DNA of 64,000 nt from Vampirovibrionales bacterium. Its GTDB lineage: Bacteria > Cyanobacteriota > Vampirovibrionia > Vampirovibrionales > JAJTHC01. Shown here in pieces: positions 10,131-18,871 of the stretch. The translations under genes and the position numbers were made by a program. The notes beneath the pieces were generated by a model. That model was not told the origin of the DNA. It searched no databases and saw only the letters and a program-made list of their open reading frames with translations. Within the stretch, counting starts at the first letter, position 1. Each line of letters opens with the position of its first letter. Location of the stretch: NCBI GenBank assembly GCA_044346175.1, contig JBIIZQ010000001.1:17224-81223 (forward strand), written 5' to 3'.

Positions 10131-10164
10131 AGATACCCTGTCTTGAAAACAAGACAGGGTATCT
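10131..10164 (-). terminator. perfect 15-bp stem-loop downstream of rpsO
   Basis: agataccctgtcttg aaaa caagacagggtatct, followed on the minus strand by AT-rich sequence. This is analogous to the rpsO-pnp intergenic hairpin of other bacteria. Confidence 0.5.
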
Positions 10165-10196
10165 TAGCAAGTGTATTGGAGAGCGTCGTAAGAGGA

Positions 10197-10469
10197 TTAC
10201 TTACGGATTTTAAGACGCTCAAGCAACTTTTTGTAGGTTTCCAAGCTGACCTGACGTTGGTAGTAGTTCAACAAGCCACGACGACGACCTACCATCATGG
10301 ATAAACCACGACGGCAAGCAAAGTCTTTGGGGTTTGCACGAAGATGCTCGGTCAACTCACGAATACGCTGAGAAAGAATAGCGATTTGTACTTCAGAACT
10401 CCCCACATCCCCTTCGGCACGCTGGAAGTCTTTAATGATTTGTTGTTTTTTTTCTTTTTTAAGAGCCAT
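10197..10469 (-). CDS. rpsO: 30S ribosomal protein S15
   Basis: 90 aa: MALKKEKKQQIIKDFQRAEGDVGSSEVQIAILSQRIRELTEHL... Confidence 0.95.
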   Translation of the reverse strand: MALKKEKKQQIIKDFQRAEGDVGSSEVQIAILSQRIRELTEHLRANPKDFACRRGLSMMVGRRRGLLNYYQRQVSLETYKKLLERLKIRK

Positions 10470-10810
10470 AGCTTTTCGAGGCTCCTTTCAATGAGGTCTA
10501 TATAGGTGGGAAACGCTTCTGAGTGAGCAAGGGGTCAACACAAAGGTTATTTTTTTGACAACACACCTTTGTTAGACACTGTCGCTTTGGGTGATAAGCC
10601 TTACCTGCAAAGAAGTTGGTGTGATGATACATGACTTAAAAATGGGCTGTCATTACAGCACATTGAGAACCGTGTATTGTATCAAGACTTTTCTACGTTA
10701 ACAGGAACATGCGTCTATCGCAAGCTGTGTTATACTTGGAGAGTGTTTATTTTTAGGTTGTTAAAACGACAGTTGTGGTAACGGTCATCGCAGTGACCCC
10801 CCATGCTGTG

Positions 10811-10831
10811 ATACCGACCTGTGTTCGGTAG
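10811..10831. repeat. family A-related degenerate palindrome (ataccgaCCTGTGTtcggtag)
   Basis: Shares the ataccga/tcggta stem but lacks the flanks. Confidence 0.4.
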
Positions 10832-11012
10832 GGACAAGGTAAACCAAGTATCCTAAAAAAAGAAGCCCTATGGGTTCGCCTTTTTGACTACTTAAAAAAT
10901 AAACATCCTCTATACTTGCAGTGTGGGATGCGTGTTCATCCTTGATAACCTAGATATTTGGGTTCTTCTATGTTTCGTATGGCGTATAGATGTCACATAG
11001 AGATGTTCTGGA

Positions 11013-13088
11013 TTGCGAAAGTTTTTTATGATGGTCTTTATAGCGGGGTGGATGCACCTGTGGCGAGTTCACCCTCGTACTATTTCCTTTTTGTGGGCTA
11101 TGGTGAGTGGGTTCATCTTGCTTGGTATGAGTCGTGGTGTTTTTTGTGTCTCTATTTCGGAACCATCGTTGGAAGCACCGTCTCTTCATGGCGAATTAAG
11201 CACGCCACCCTCCGCCCCGCCATCTCCTAGTGAGCCATCTCTTGGCCTGCCCCCTGCTTTTCAAAGCACGGAGCCAAAAGCAACCGATACTGAACCCTTG
11301 CTTCTGCCTCAGATGCCTCCTTCTTCTTCGACTACCTCCACCCCTGCTCCTAGTCAAGTATCTAGTCCATCTTCTCAAGATGCAAAAACAGTAGAAGTGG
11401 AGGAGGCAGACGATGAAATTCCCCCCTCGCTCCAAGGGTTAACCTCTCAAGAGCGTTTGCGTCAAGAGTCTGAGCCAGCGACCAAATTCTTAACCCCCGC
11501 ACCTGTGCAGAATACCCCTTCTCAGTTGCCTCCTTCACGCCCCATTTATCCTCCGCAAAACCCTCAGGGAAGAGGCACTTTTCAACCCTTAGAAGTGCCA
11601 TCCCCCCATACAGTAGGGCGTAAGCACTTGACGCTTGAGACCATTCTCAACGAACTTCCCAAACAAGCCATTGACCTTCATCTCCTTCAAGCAGAGACTC
11701 GGAGCTTAGAGGCTCAAAAAAGACGGGAAATGGCAAAACTCCTCCCCAATTTAGGGGTAGACAGTACCTTGGAGAGAACTTCAGGCAGTATGGGTACCAA
11801 CCGAGGTACCTTGCGTGTTGACCAGCAAAGCTACCGTTCTCAAATTCGTGCAACGTTGAACCTTAATCTTGGTGGTAGGGAGTTCTTTCAATGGAAAAGT
11901 ATAGATTTTCAACGCCTACAGAAGCAATGTCAATGGGAAGAAACGTTGAACCGTCGAACGCTCGATGCACTCACGGCGTATTATCAATGGCAAAGAGAGC
12001 TGAGTTATTTTGTCATGATGCAGGCTCTTTTAAAAGAGATGCGTCGTCTCTCTGAGCAACTTACTTTGGATAAAAGTATTACTGACGTAGCAACCTCTGA
12101 GGCTATGGACTATCAAAGAAGTTTGAGCAGTCGTTTGATACGCCCCGCACTGCTTGACCAGCAATTACGTACCCTCCGAGCTGAAACCAGTGCAAACCAG
12201 TATCTGAGCCAGTTACTGATAGGTTTGAATCGTGACATTACGAATCTACAAGTGCCTCAAGTCCTCAATAGTCCTAAACTCCCTGATTATCAGGCTTATC
12301 AAACCCCCTATAACCTTTCATGGCTTGAGCCTGCTAAGATGCTTCCTGAACCATGGCAGGTACGTACTATCCCCTTACTTCCTGAAAAACTTTTATCTAT
12401 CAGTGTTTTACAGCTGAGTTATGAGGCATCCGCAGCGGCACAATCTCCTCAAAAGCAGCGTGAGGTTTCTCAGGCTCTCAGTCTTAGCAACCTCCTAACG
12501 ATTGCCAAACAAAATCGTCCCCTTTTAGCCCAGCGTTATTTGCAACTTGCGGTGATTGAGTACGCCTTTAAGGCAAAACGTGCAGACTTACTAAGCCCTA
12601 CCTTGTTAGTGGATGCTTCTGTGAGAAATGTTGCCGCTGAAGTAGGTCAACCTGAACACAGCACCCGATACTACGGTGGTTTAAGTTGGTACCCTTTACA
12701 GGGCTTAGGGCAGAGCTATTTGGCTGAACAGGCGGATATGCAGGCACGACGTGAAGCGTCACGCTTGGCTTATGAGGCTACGTTTAACCAAGTAACACTG
12801 AACCTCCAGAATCAGCTTTTGCAATACCAGTTGTTGGAAAAACAATATCAGGTTGCTGAAAGTAAGTTAAGGGATACTTTGAATTTGGTTCAAGACCTTA
12901 AAGAAGGACAGGCGGATGCACTGGGGGTTTGGCTAAGAACGATGACGGTGTGGTCTGATGCACAATCTGAGTATTTATCGACCGTGCGTGACTTAAATCT
13001 GATACAACTTCAGATTTTAGCAGAGCTGGGTTTACTTACCCCAGAGTGGCTTTTAAAGCATGTCTTGATACCCCAAGAGGCTTCATGA
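11013..13088 (+). CDS. TolC-family outer membrane efflux protein with a Pro/Ser-rich N-terminal linker
   Basis: Two helical OEP-like repeats with Q/L-rich coiled segments. The N-terminal 150 aa is P/S/T-rich. The track start is a TTG and the true start is uncertain (ATG at 11028 or 11100). Confidence 0.55.
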   Translation: MRKFFMMVFIAGWMHLWRVHPRTISFLWAMVSGFILLGMSRGVFCVSISEPSLEAPSLHGELSTPPSAPPSPSEPSLGLPPAFQSTEPKATDTEPLLLPQMPPSSSTTSTPAPSQVSSPSSQDAKTVEVEEADDEIPPSLQGLTSQERLRQESEPATKFLTPAPVQNTPSQLPPSRPIYPPQNPQGRGTFQPLEVPSPHTVGRKHLTLETILNELPKQAIDLHLLQAETRSLEAQKRREMAKLLPNLGVDSTLERTSGSMGTNRGTLRVDQQSYRSQIRATLNLNLGGREFFQWKSIDFQRLQKQCQWEETLNRRTLDALTAYYQWQRELSYFVMMQALLKEMRRLSEQLTLDKSITDVATSEAMDYQRSLSSRLIRPALLDQQLRTLRAETSANQYLSQLLIGLNRDITNLQVPQVLNSPKLPDYQAYQTPYNLSWLEPAKMLPEPWQVRTIPLLPEKLLSISVLQLSYEASAAAQSPQKQREVSQALSLSNLLTIAKQNRPLLAQRYLQLAVIEYAFKAKRADLLSPTLLVDASVRNVAAEVGQPEHSTRYYGGLSWYPLQGLGQSYLAEQADMQARREASRLAYEATFNQVTLNLQNQLLQYQLLEKQYQVAESKLRDTLNLVQDLKEGQADALGVWLRTMTVWSDAQSEYLSTVRDLNLIQLQILAELGLLTPEWLLKHVLIPQEAS

Positions 13089-13090
13089 GG

Positions 13091-14098
13091 CTAGTTACTG
13101 AGAGCAATAGGGGTGTCTAAGAACCTGCAACGGCTTCCCTGTTGGGTGCCACGACGTGCAAATTCTGCTTCGATATCTTGCATGACATGACTCCGCTGTT
13201 GAGATACCCACTTTGGAGCCACAACGAATTGTGGGTGTCCATTACCACTGACTCGATGCAGAATGCACTCAGGGTGAAGTCGCTCGATAAAATCGCAACA
13301 AAGAGAGACATAATCCTCATAGCTGATTTGTGACCACTCCCCTCGTAGATACGCATCGGCAATGGGTGTGCCTTTCATCGCTACAAGAAGATGGATTTTT
13401 ACAGCATCCACTCGGAGTTCAGCCAATTTATCGGCGGTTGCCATTTGCATCTCCCAAGTCTCCTGTGGGAGTCCTAGAATCACATGCACGCAATGTTCAA
13501 GCTCAAGGGCTTTGGTCCATGTGAGTGCTTGTAGGAAGTCTTCATAGGTCTCGCAGCGATTGAGGTCGGCGAGTGTCTTATTATGAATTGTTTGCAACCC
13601 ATACTCGACGCATACGAGCGGGACTCGGTTTTTATAGGAAGCAATGAGTGCTAGTTTTTCTGGGTCAACGCAGTCAGGACGTGTGGAAATCCCTAAGCCG
13701 ATAATGTCAGGACTTACCTCTAGGGCAGCATCGTACAGGCTTTTGAGCTTTTCTACAGGGGCGTAGGTGTTGGTGTAAGCTTGGAAGTAGGCAATAAATT
13801 TTTCCGCCTTGAAACGATGTTTTCGATAAGCCATGTTGTCAATAATTTGTTTCTGAATGGCGGTTTTAGGAGGATGGCTTCTGGCTGCACTGCCTGTATC
13901 ATCACAAAAAGTGCAACCGCCAAACCCTTTCGTACCGTCTCGGTTAGGACAGTTAAACCCCGCATCAATCGATACTTTATACACTCTTACGCCAAAGCGG
14001 GCTTGCAACATGGCATTAAAACTACGGTAGGGTTTAGGGGGTGAGGACTGTACTTGTGAGGGGGGGAGTGAAGCATGGGCTACATCATGTGGGGTCAT
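13091..14098 (-). CDS. radical SAM protein, TIGR01212 (YhcC) family
   Basis: FNCPNRDGTKGFGGCTFCDD matches the YhcC signature SCPNRDGTIGRGGCTFCN. Confidence 0.7.
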   Translation of the reverse strand: MTPHDVAHASLPPSQVQSSPPKPYRSFNAMLQARFGVRVYKVSIDAGFNCPNRDGTKGFGGCTFCDDTGSAARSHPPKTAIQKQIIDNMAYRKHRFKAEKFIAYFQAYTNTYAPVEKLKSLYDAALEVSPDIIGLGISTRPDCVDPEKLALIASYKNRVPLVCVEYGLQTIHNKTLADLNRCETYEDFLQALTWTKALELEHCVHVILGLPQETWEMQMATADKLAELRVDAVKIHLLVAMKGTPIADAYLRGEWSQISYEDYVSLCCDFIERLHPECILHRVSGNGHPQFVVAPKWVSQQRSHVMQDIEAEFARRGTQQGSRCRFLDTPIALSN

Positions 14099-14332
14099 GG
14101 TACACCTTAGGGATTCATTGAGGTTGTTTGAGGCGTGACTTTGAGGCGTGACAGTGTATATAAAATCAATCGAGCATGGGTCGAGCGCTAAGCGATAACG
14201 TAACGTGCGGTAAAAGATGCAATCCGTGAGGGTTGATAAACCTACCGTGGGTAAGCTGATGATACTTCAAGGATACCTCATCCCCAAAGCATTTCTTCTG
14301 AAAGCTGCGTACTTTCATCTTCACTGTTACCT

Positions 14333-15118
14333 TTAACCATTGATAACCCATCGGCGTTCTTGTGGTGTGAAAAGCTTTTTAACCCAATACTTTTCCTTGC
14401 CAAAGTTCATGCGTGGAAAATGCCCTTTGAGACCATCTTTTCGGTAGGCATCTTCGGTGGCTCGTGACCACCGTCGACTCCGCTCAAGGGCATACGAGAG
14501 AGGTTGTCCAGTGTACTCCGCTTTAATGCGTTGCCCTGTAAGGTCTGCAAAGCGTTCTTCGGGAAGGCTGTTTCTATTTTTGAGTCCGTGCTTCTGTCGT
14601 TGCTGCCAAAGGTACGCATGGCCTGTTTCGTGTCCCAAAATACGCAGGTGTTCTTCAAAGGGTAAGCCGTTTCTGAGGGTGGTGCGGTTTTTATGCGGTT
14701 CGTGGTAGCCGTAGTCTTTTATCCATGACTTGAAGCGAACCTCGGGGATTTTAAAAGTTGGCAATTGCTTTAAGAGTTTCTGCCCGGTAGGTGTCCCAAA
14801 TAAAGCCTTTTTTAAGCTTTGGATTCTTTGTGCTTGCCATTGTTGACGATGCCCCCACCCTGCTACGGATAGTCCAGCAACAGTACCACTGATTGCAGGT
14901 AATACCCAGCTTGGAGGCTGATGGGAGCCACGGGCAGGAGGGGCTTTTTTTTGTGTCTCGGTCTGACCTGCCTCACGAGTGGTACGCAGGAGATTGGGTA
15001 TGGGGGCTTGGTAGCCAAGTTGAAAGGGTTTGCCCAAATCAAAAAGCATCATGATGCTAAAGCCAGTCCTTTTACTGTTACGGTATCTTATTGAAAGATT
15101 TTCCCCTGTAGGTTTCAT
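14333..15118 (-). CDS. putative membrane-anchored zinc metallopeptidase (HExxH)
   Basis: HETGH motif in LRILGHETGHAYLW and a transmembrane segment WVLPAISGTVAGLSVAGW. Family not identifiable by eye. Confidence 0.35.
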   Translation of the reverse strand: MKPTGENLSIRYRNSKRTGFSIMMLFDLGKPFQLGYQAPIPNLLRTTREAGQTETQKKAPPARGSHQPPSWVLPAISGTVAGLSVAGWGHRQQWQAQRIQSLKKALFGTPTGQKLLKQLPTFKIPEVRFKSWIKDYGYHEPHKNRTTLRNGLPFEEHLRILGHETGHAYLWQQRQKHGLKNRNSLPEERFADLTGQRIKAEYTGQPLSYALERSRRWSRATEDAYRKDGLKGHFPRMNFGKEKYWVKKLFTPQERRWVING

Positions 15119-15427
15119 CCCCTTGTGATTGTTTTATTACTATAAGAGTAAAAACATCCTATATCCTAAAAGATGCCAAGAGTGCGTTATGTTTTGAGCC
15201 ACGGTTTGAAGGAAGGTATTTTAAAGTGGTCAAAAAGGTAAATATATAGAGCTTTTTTGTTTACTTTGAGGTCCTGTGGATACCTCTTATATGGTCGGTA
15301 TCACAGAGCTTATCACGACTGTACGTTTAACCATTCACCATAAACGTACGCTATTTTCCGTCATGCTTGACTTATACGTACGTTTGAGGCTTAATAATAC
15401 ACATGGAAAACACTCCATACTCTTAGT

Positions 15428-15503
15428 GGGCAGTTGGCGCAGTTGGTAGCGCACCACATTGACATTGTGGTGGTCACTGGTTCGAGTCCAGTACTGCCCA
15501 CCA
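15428..15503 (+). tRNA. tRNA-Val (anticodon GAC), CCA encoded
   Basis: Cloverleaf read by hand: acceptor GGGCAGT/ACTGCCC, D-arm GCGCAGTTGGTAGCGC, anticodon stem CCACA/TGTGG with loop TTGACAT, and T-arm ACTGGTTCGAGTCCAGT. Confidence 0.85.
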
Positions 15504-15534
15504 AGAGCTTATATTTTGAGAGAGCTTACATACG

Positions 15535-16272
15535 CTAGGCGTTTGCGAACCAGTGCCATTTAAGGATGCGAAGATGTTCTTTGCTTTCAGACCCTAAGCT
15601 TGCAGGGAGAGACTGAATCGTTAAAAGGGCATCCAGATGACTTAAGGCGAAGTTAATACCCAAACGTTCAGGCCATTCGATAAAAAAGATGGGGTTGTCT
15701 GTTGCCATGGTAGGTTCAAAACGACGGCATGCTTCTTCAAACTGTGGAAAAAACGTGTGTAGCATCCGATGATGTGTACTTGTGAGTGTTTCGGGAGATG
15801 TGCCAGTGTTTGAAGTCTCTAACAAAGGTGCCGTATCTCGGTAGAGGTCTGCATGAAAAGCCACAGGGAGACCTTCTGCTGTGTGGTATTCATGGAGTCT
15901 TGTAAAAGTTGGACTTGTAACCTCTGGGGTGAGGGTTCTCCAAGCCGTGGATAAAGTATCATCCGAGGTCGCTTCAAGGATGCGTTGTGTGACAAGATGT
16001 TGAATAAGCGTTGTTTTGCCCGCACCCATAGGCCCCGAAAGACCAAGACGAAGCCCCGAAAAGCCCTCTGCTTTGAGGTAACGATGGATAACCTCTGCAT
16101 AGTGCTTTTCAGCTTCTTGGGATGTCAAGCCTTTGATAAGCTCAGTTTGAGATGTTTCAGTAGGGTATTGCCAAGAAGCTTCTGGAAAGGCATGAGGTAG
16201 CACTTCGGCCCATGTGGTATCAGGTAATGGATTGGGGAGGATGAAGGGGCTATTTTGCGATAACGAGGTCAT
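15535..16272 (-). CDS. tsaE: tRNA t6A biosynthesis ATPase TsaE-like, with N- and C-terminal extensions
   Basis: P-loop GPMGAGKTTLIQHL and the VTSPTFTRLHEY motif, which is diagnostic of TsaE/YjeE. At 245 aa it is longer than the canonical ~150 aa. Confidence 0.55.
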   Translation of the reverse strand: MTSLSQNSPFILPNPLPDTTWAEVLPHAFPEASWQYPTETSQTELIKGLTSQEAEKHYAEVIHRYLKAEGFSGLRLGLSGPMGAGKTTLIQHLVTQRILEATSDDTLSTAWRTLTPEVTSPTFTRLHEYHTAEGLPVAFHADLYRDTAPLLETSNTGTSPETLTSTHHRMLHTFFPQFEEACRRFEPTMATDNPIFFIEWPERLGINFALSHLDALLTIQSLPASLGSESKEHLRILKWHWFANA

Positions 16273-16672
16273 GTATCAAGTTCTCATGTTCTTTCATTTA
16301 GAAATATTGTAATTTCCAAAGTTTCTAGCATACTAAGCAAATTTCGATAGGTAATACCTTACTTTGTTGATTCCATTTTTAGGTTCTGATTGTGCTTATT
16401 ATATCTTGAAAAATACTCGGTTCCTTAAAAAGTTACATGAAAATTAAAATAATGACAAGACATACCGACTTTAACGTTTAGGTCTGGTAAACTTTGGGGA
16501 GATGTATGATACCCTCAAGGCTTATGAAATCTATGAAAAACAAGCACTACAGACAGTCGTATATTTCTCCACGTCATTAGAAATTACACTAAAAGGGTAT
16601 TTAATGCCTACTTATTTATACAAGGGGAGGTCAGGAGAGCATTTCAACTTTTTCCGTCCTGCCGTCCCCTGT

Positions 16673-16710
16673 CGTCATACCGTCGTCATACCGATTTTCA
16701 TCGGTATCCA
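16673..16710. repeat. dispersed palindromic repeat, family A copy (cgtcatacc-cgtcataccgaTTTTCatcggtatcca)
   Basis: 8-bp stem ataccgat/atcggtat with conserved flanks cgtc...cca. Preceded by ccgtcctgccgtcccc, a family B half-site. Confidence 0.7.
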
Positions 16711-16977
16711 GAGGGCTTGAGGAAGACCCCGCAACTTCGTATAGGGTTTTCGTGCAGGGTGACGAGGGATGATAAGGCAAGACACCCACGTTTTAGGATG
16801 CTGTCCTATGTTTGGCATAGACGGGGTAAAAAGCCAGACCTTATTGGTGTAACCCGCTTGTGTCGCATGGCATACTAGCCTTTAACAGGGTCTCTTTGGT
16901 ATACTGTGAAGGTATAGCGTCGTATTTTATAGCTACTTTAAACTGAATTTCACGTGCCTGAAGGATGACACCATTGT

Positions 16978-17301
16978 ATGATGACTGCACACATTACCGA
17001 AAAAGATGTACACCATGTGGCAAAACTCGCCTCTTTATCCCTCAGTGAAGAGGAAATGCAAACTTATCAACAAGACCTTGGTAAAATTTTGGGCATGATT
17101 GCCGAACTCAACGCCCTTCCTACTGAAACCGTCGCCACGCTCAAAGAACATTACCATGCGGGTATTGTCACAGTGGATGGCTCAGGAGACCATCTTCGGG
17201 AGGACGTTGTGCAAGAAGGACCCTCCCGAGAAGCCCTGATGCAAAATGCTCCCGATACCGAGGAAGGCTTTTTCCGTATTCCTAAAATCCTCGCCCACTA
17301 A
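16978..17301 (+). CDS. gatC: Asp/Glu-tRNA amidotransferase subunit C
   Basis: 107 aa: ...ITEKDVHHVAKLASLSLSEEEMQTYQQDLGKILGMIAELNAL... gatA and gatB are not adjacent. Confidence 0.75.
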   Translation: MMTAHITEKDVHHVAKLASLSLSEEEMQTYQQDLGKILGMIAELNALPTETVATLKEHYHAGIVTVDGSGDHLREDVVQEGPSREALMQNAPDTEEGFFRIPKILAH

Positions 17302-17383
17302 AGCAAATACGAGTGTGGCAAAGACTATTCTGTAGCCCTCGTGTGTCTCATCAATATCCCTCGTATTCAAGAAAAACCGCCCC

Positions 17384-18751
17384 GTGGTGTCACCTACAAT
17401 GTTAGCAGCCCATGCTACTGGCTTTACTGTAGCCAATGGTATTTTTGTGTTGGTCTATATACTACTCGTCAGTGAGCGTTTCCCGAAGGTTATTATTACA
17501 CTGTCGGGTGCTGTCTTATTGATACTCACAGGCGTTTTATCACAAAAAGAGGCACTGCACGCCATTGACTTTAACGTCATCAGTTTACTCCTTGGGATGA
17601 TGATTATGGTCAATATCCTCAAGCAAACTGGAGGGTTTGAGGTCTATGGCTTAAAGTTAACGCAATGGCTTGCGGGGCATGTGCAAGGTAAATCTTATGA
17701 GCGTCACTTATGGGCAGTTCTTTTTGTGATGTTAAACATCTTTACGGCATTAGGCTCCGCCTTACTCGATAATGTCACGATGGTGATGCTCATGGGCAGT
17801 GTCACACTCGCTTTGGCAAAACCACTACGCTTACCCGTGATACCTTTTATACTGGCTCAAGTGTTATGTGCTAACGTTGGGGGAAGTGCCACACTTATTG
17901 GCGACCCTCCAAACATCATGATAGGCAGTGCGGCAAAGCTTGATTTTATGAGCTTTCTTTATCATGTCACGCCCTGTATTATCCTCATGTTACCACCTGT
18001 TTTGCTTTTTTTGGTATGGGTCTTTAGGAAAAGTCTGTGGGTCAATGCCTCACAAGAAGACGCACCCAACCTACAGGCATTGCAAAACCTAACCCCAGAG
18101 CAATATTGGCAACATCAAACCCTATGGCAACAAGGGTTATGGGTGTTAGGGGGCGTATTATTCGGGATGGTACTTCACCACAGTATTCATCAGGAGGTTG
18201 GTACCTTGTCGCTTGCGGGGGCTGTGGTCATGCTATGTTTACAAAAGCCTGAAAAAATTTGGCAGGATATTGAGTGGGACACCCTCTTTTTCTTTATCGG
18301 GCTTTTCATTTTAGTGGGGGGGCTTGAAAAAGTAGGCAGTTTGAACCTTTTAGCTTCTTTCGTGACACAAGCAACCCATGGTGATATGAACCTTTTAAAA
18401 CAGATGTTACTTTGGGGTTCTGCACTATGCTCCGCCCTTGTGGATAACATCCCTTACACCGCCACCATGATACCTCTTTTAAAACAAGTAACCGTGGCAT
18501 TACCCGCCTTACAAAAAGCATATGCCTTAGATACGCACGTGCTGTGGTGGAGCTTATCCCTAGGAGCCTGCTTAGGAGGCAATGCCACTTTAATTGGTGC
18601 CACGGCTAATGTGGTTGCCGTTGAGATGTTACGCCATCAAGCAGGGGTACACCTTACTTTTAAAGACTTTCTTCGTATAGGCGTACCCACTACACTCATT
18701 ACTTTAGTTATTGCAAGTGTATACCTTATGGTAAGATATGCCCCAGTATGA
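17384..18751 (+). CDS. ArsB/NhaD-superfamily anion permease
   Basis: Duplicated NVGGSATLIGDPPNIMIG and LGGNATLIGATANVV motifs with about 10-12 transmembrane helices. The track start is a GTG; an ATG at 17399 is possible. Confidence 0.7.
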   Translation: MVSPTMLAAHATGFTVANGIFVLVYILLVSERFPKVIITLSGAVLLILTGVLSQKEALHAIDFNVISLLLGMMIMVNILKQTGGFEVYGLKLTQWLAGHVQGKSYERHLWAVLFVMLNIFTALGSALLDNVTMVMLMGSVTLALAKPLRLPVIPFILAQVLCANVGGSATLIGDPPNIMIGSAAKLDFMSFLYHVTPCIILMLPPVLLFLVWVFRKSLWVNASQEDAPNLQALQNLTPEQYWQHQTLWQQGLWVLGGVLFGMVLHHSIHQEVGTLSLAGAVVMLCLQKPEKIWQDIEWDTLFFFIGLFILVGGLEKVGSLNLLASFVTQATHGDMNLLKQMLLWGSALCSALVDNIPYTATMIPLLKQVTVALPALQKAYALDTHVLWWSLSLGACLGGNATLIGATANVVAVEMLRHQAGVHLTFKDFLRIGVPTTLITLVIASVYLMVRYAPV

Positions 18752-18871
18752 TGTGATAAACTGGATGTAATGAGCGGGCTGTTTTCAAATGCTAAGCCAC
18801 TCTACCGCACCTGTCGGGTTTATTGTGTGTTTCTCTGTATTTAGGTTCTTAAGTTTTTAGCACGCTTCACC

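Noticed and set aside
10958-11435. ORFs 10958..11230(+), 10968..11189(-) and 11196..11435(-) around the start of the TolC-like gene.
   Set aside because: They overlap the Pro/Ser-rich 5' part of the TolC-like CDS in other frames or on the other strand. Their arginine-rich translations are typical of antisense reads of P/S-rich coding DNA.
14100-14200. Short direct repeat gaggcgtgac x2 after the radical-SAM gene.
   Set aside because: It is only 10 bp with two copies, which could arise by chance. No hairpin or other recurrence was seen.
16502-16720. ORF 16502..16720 (+, 72 aa) in the tsaE-gatC intergenic region.
   Set aside because: It overlaps the family A/B palindromic repeat cluster, has no RBS or recognisable motif, and its sequence is low-complexity. 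It is likely non-coding.
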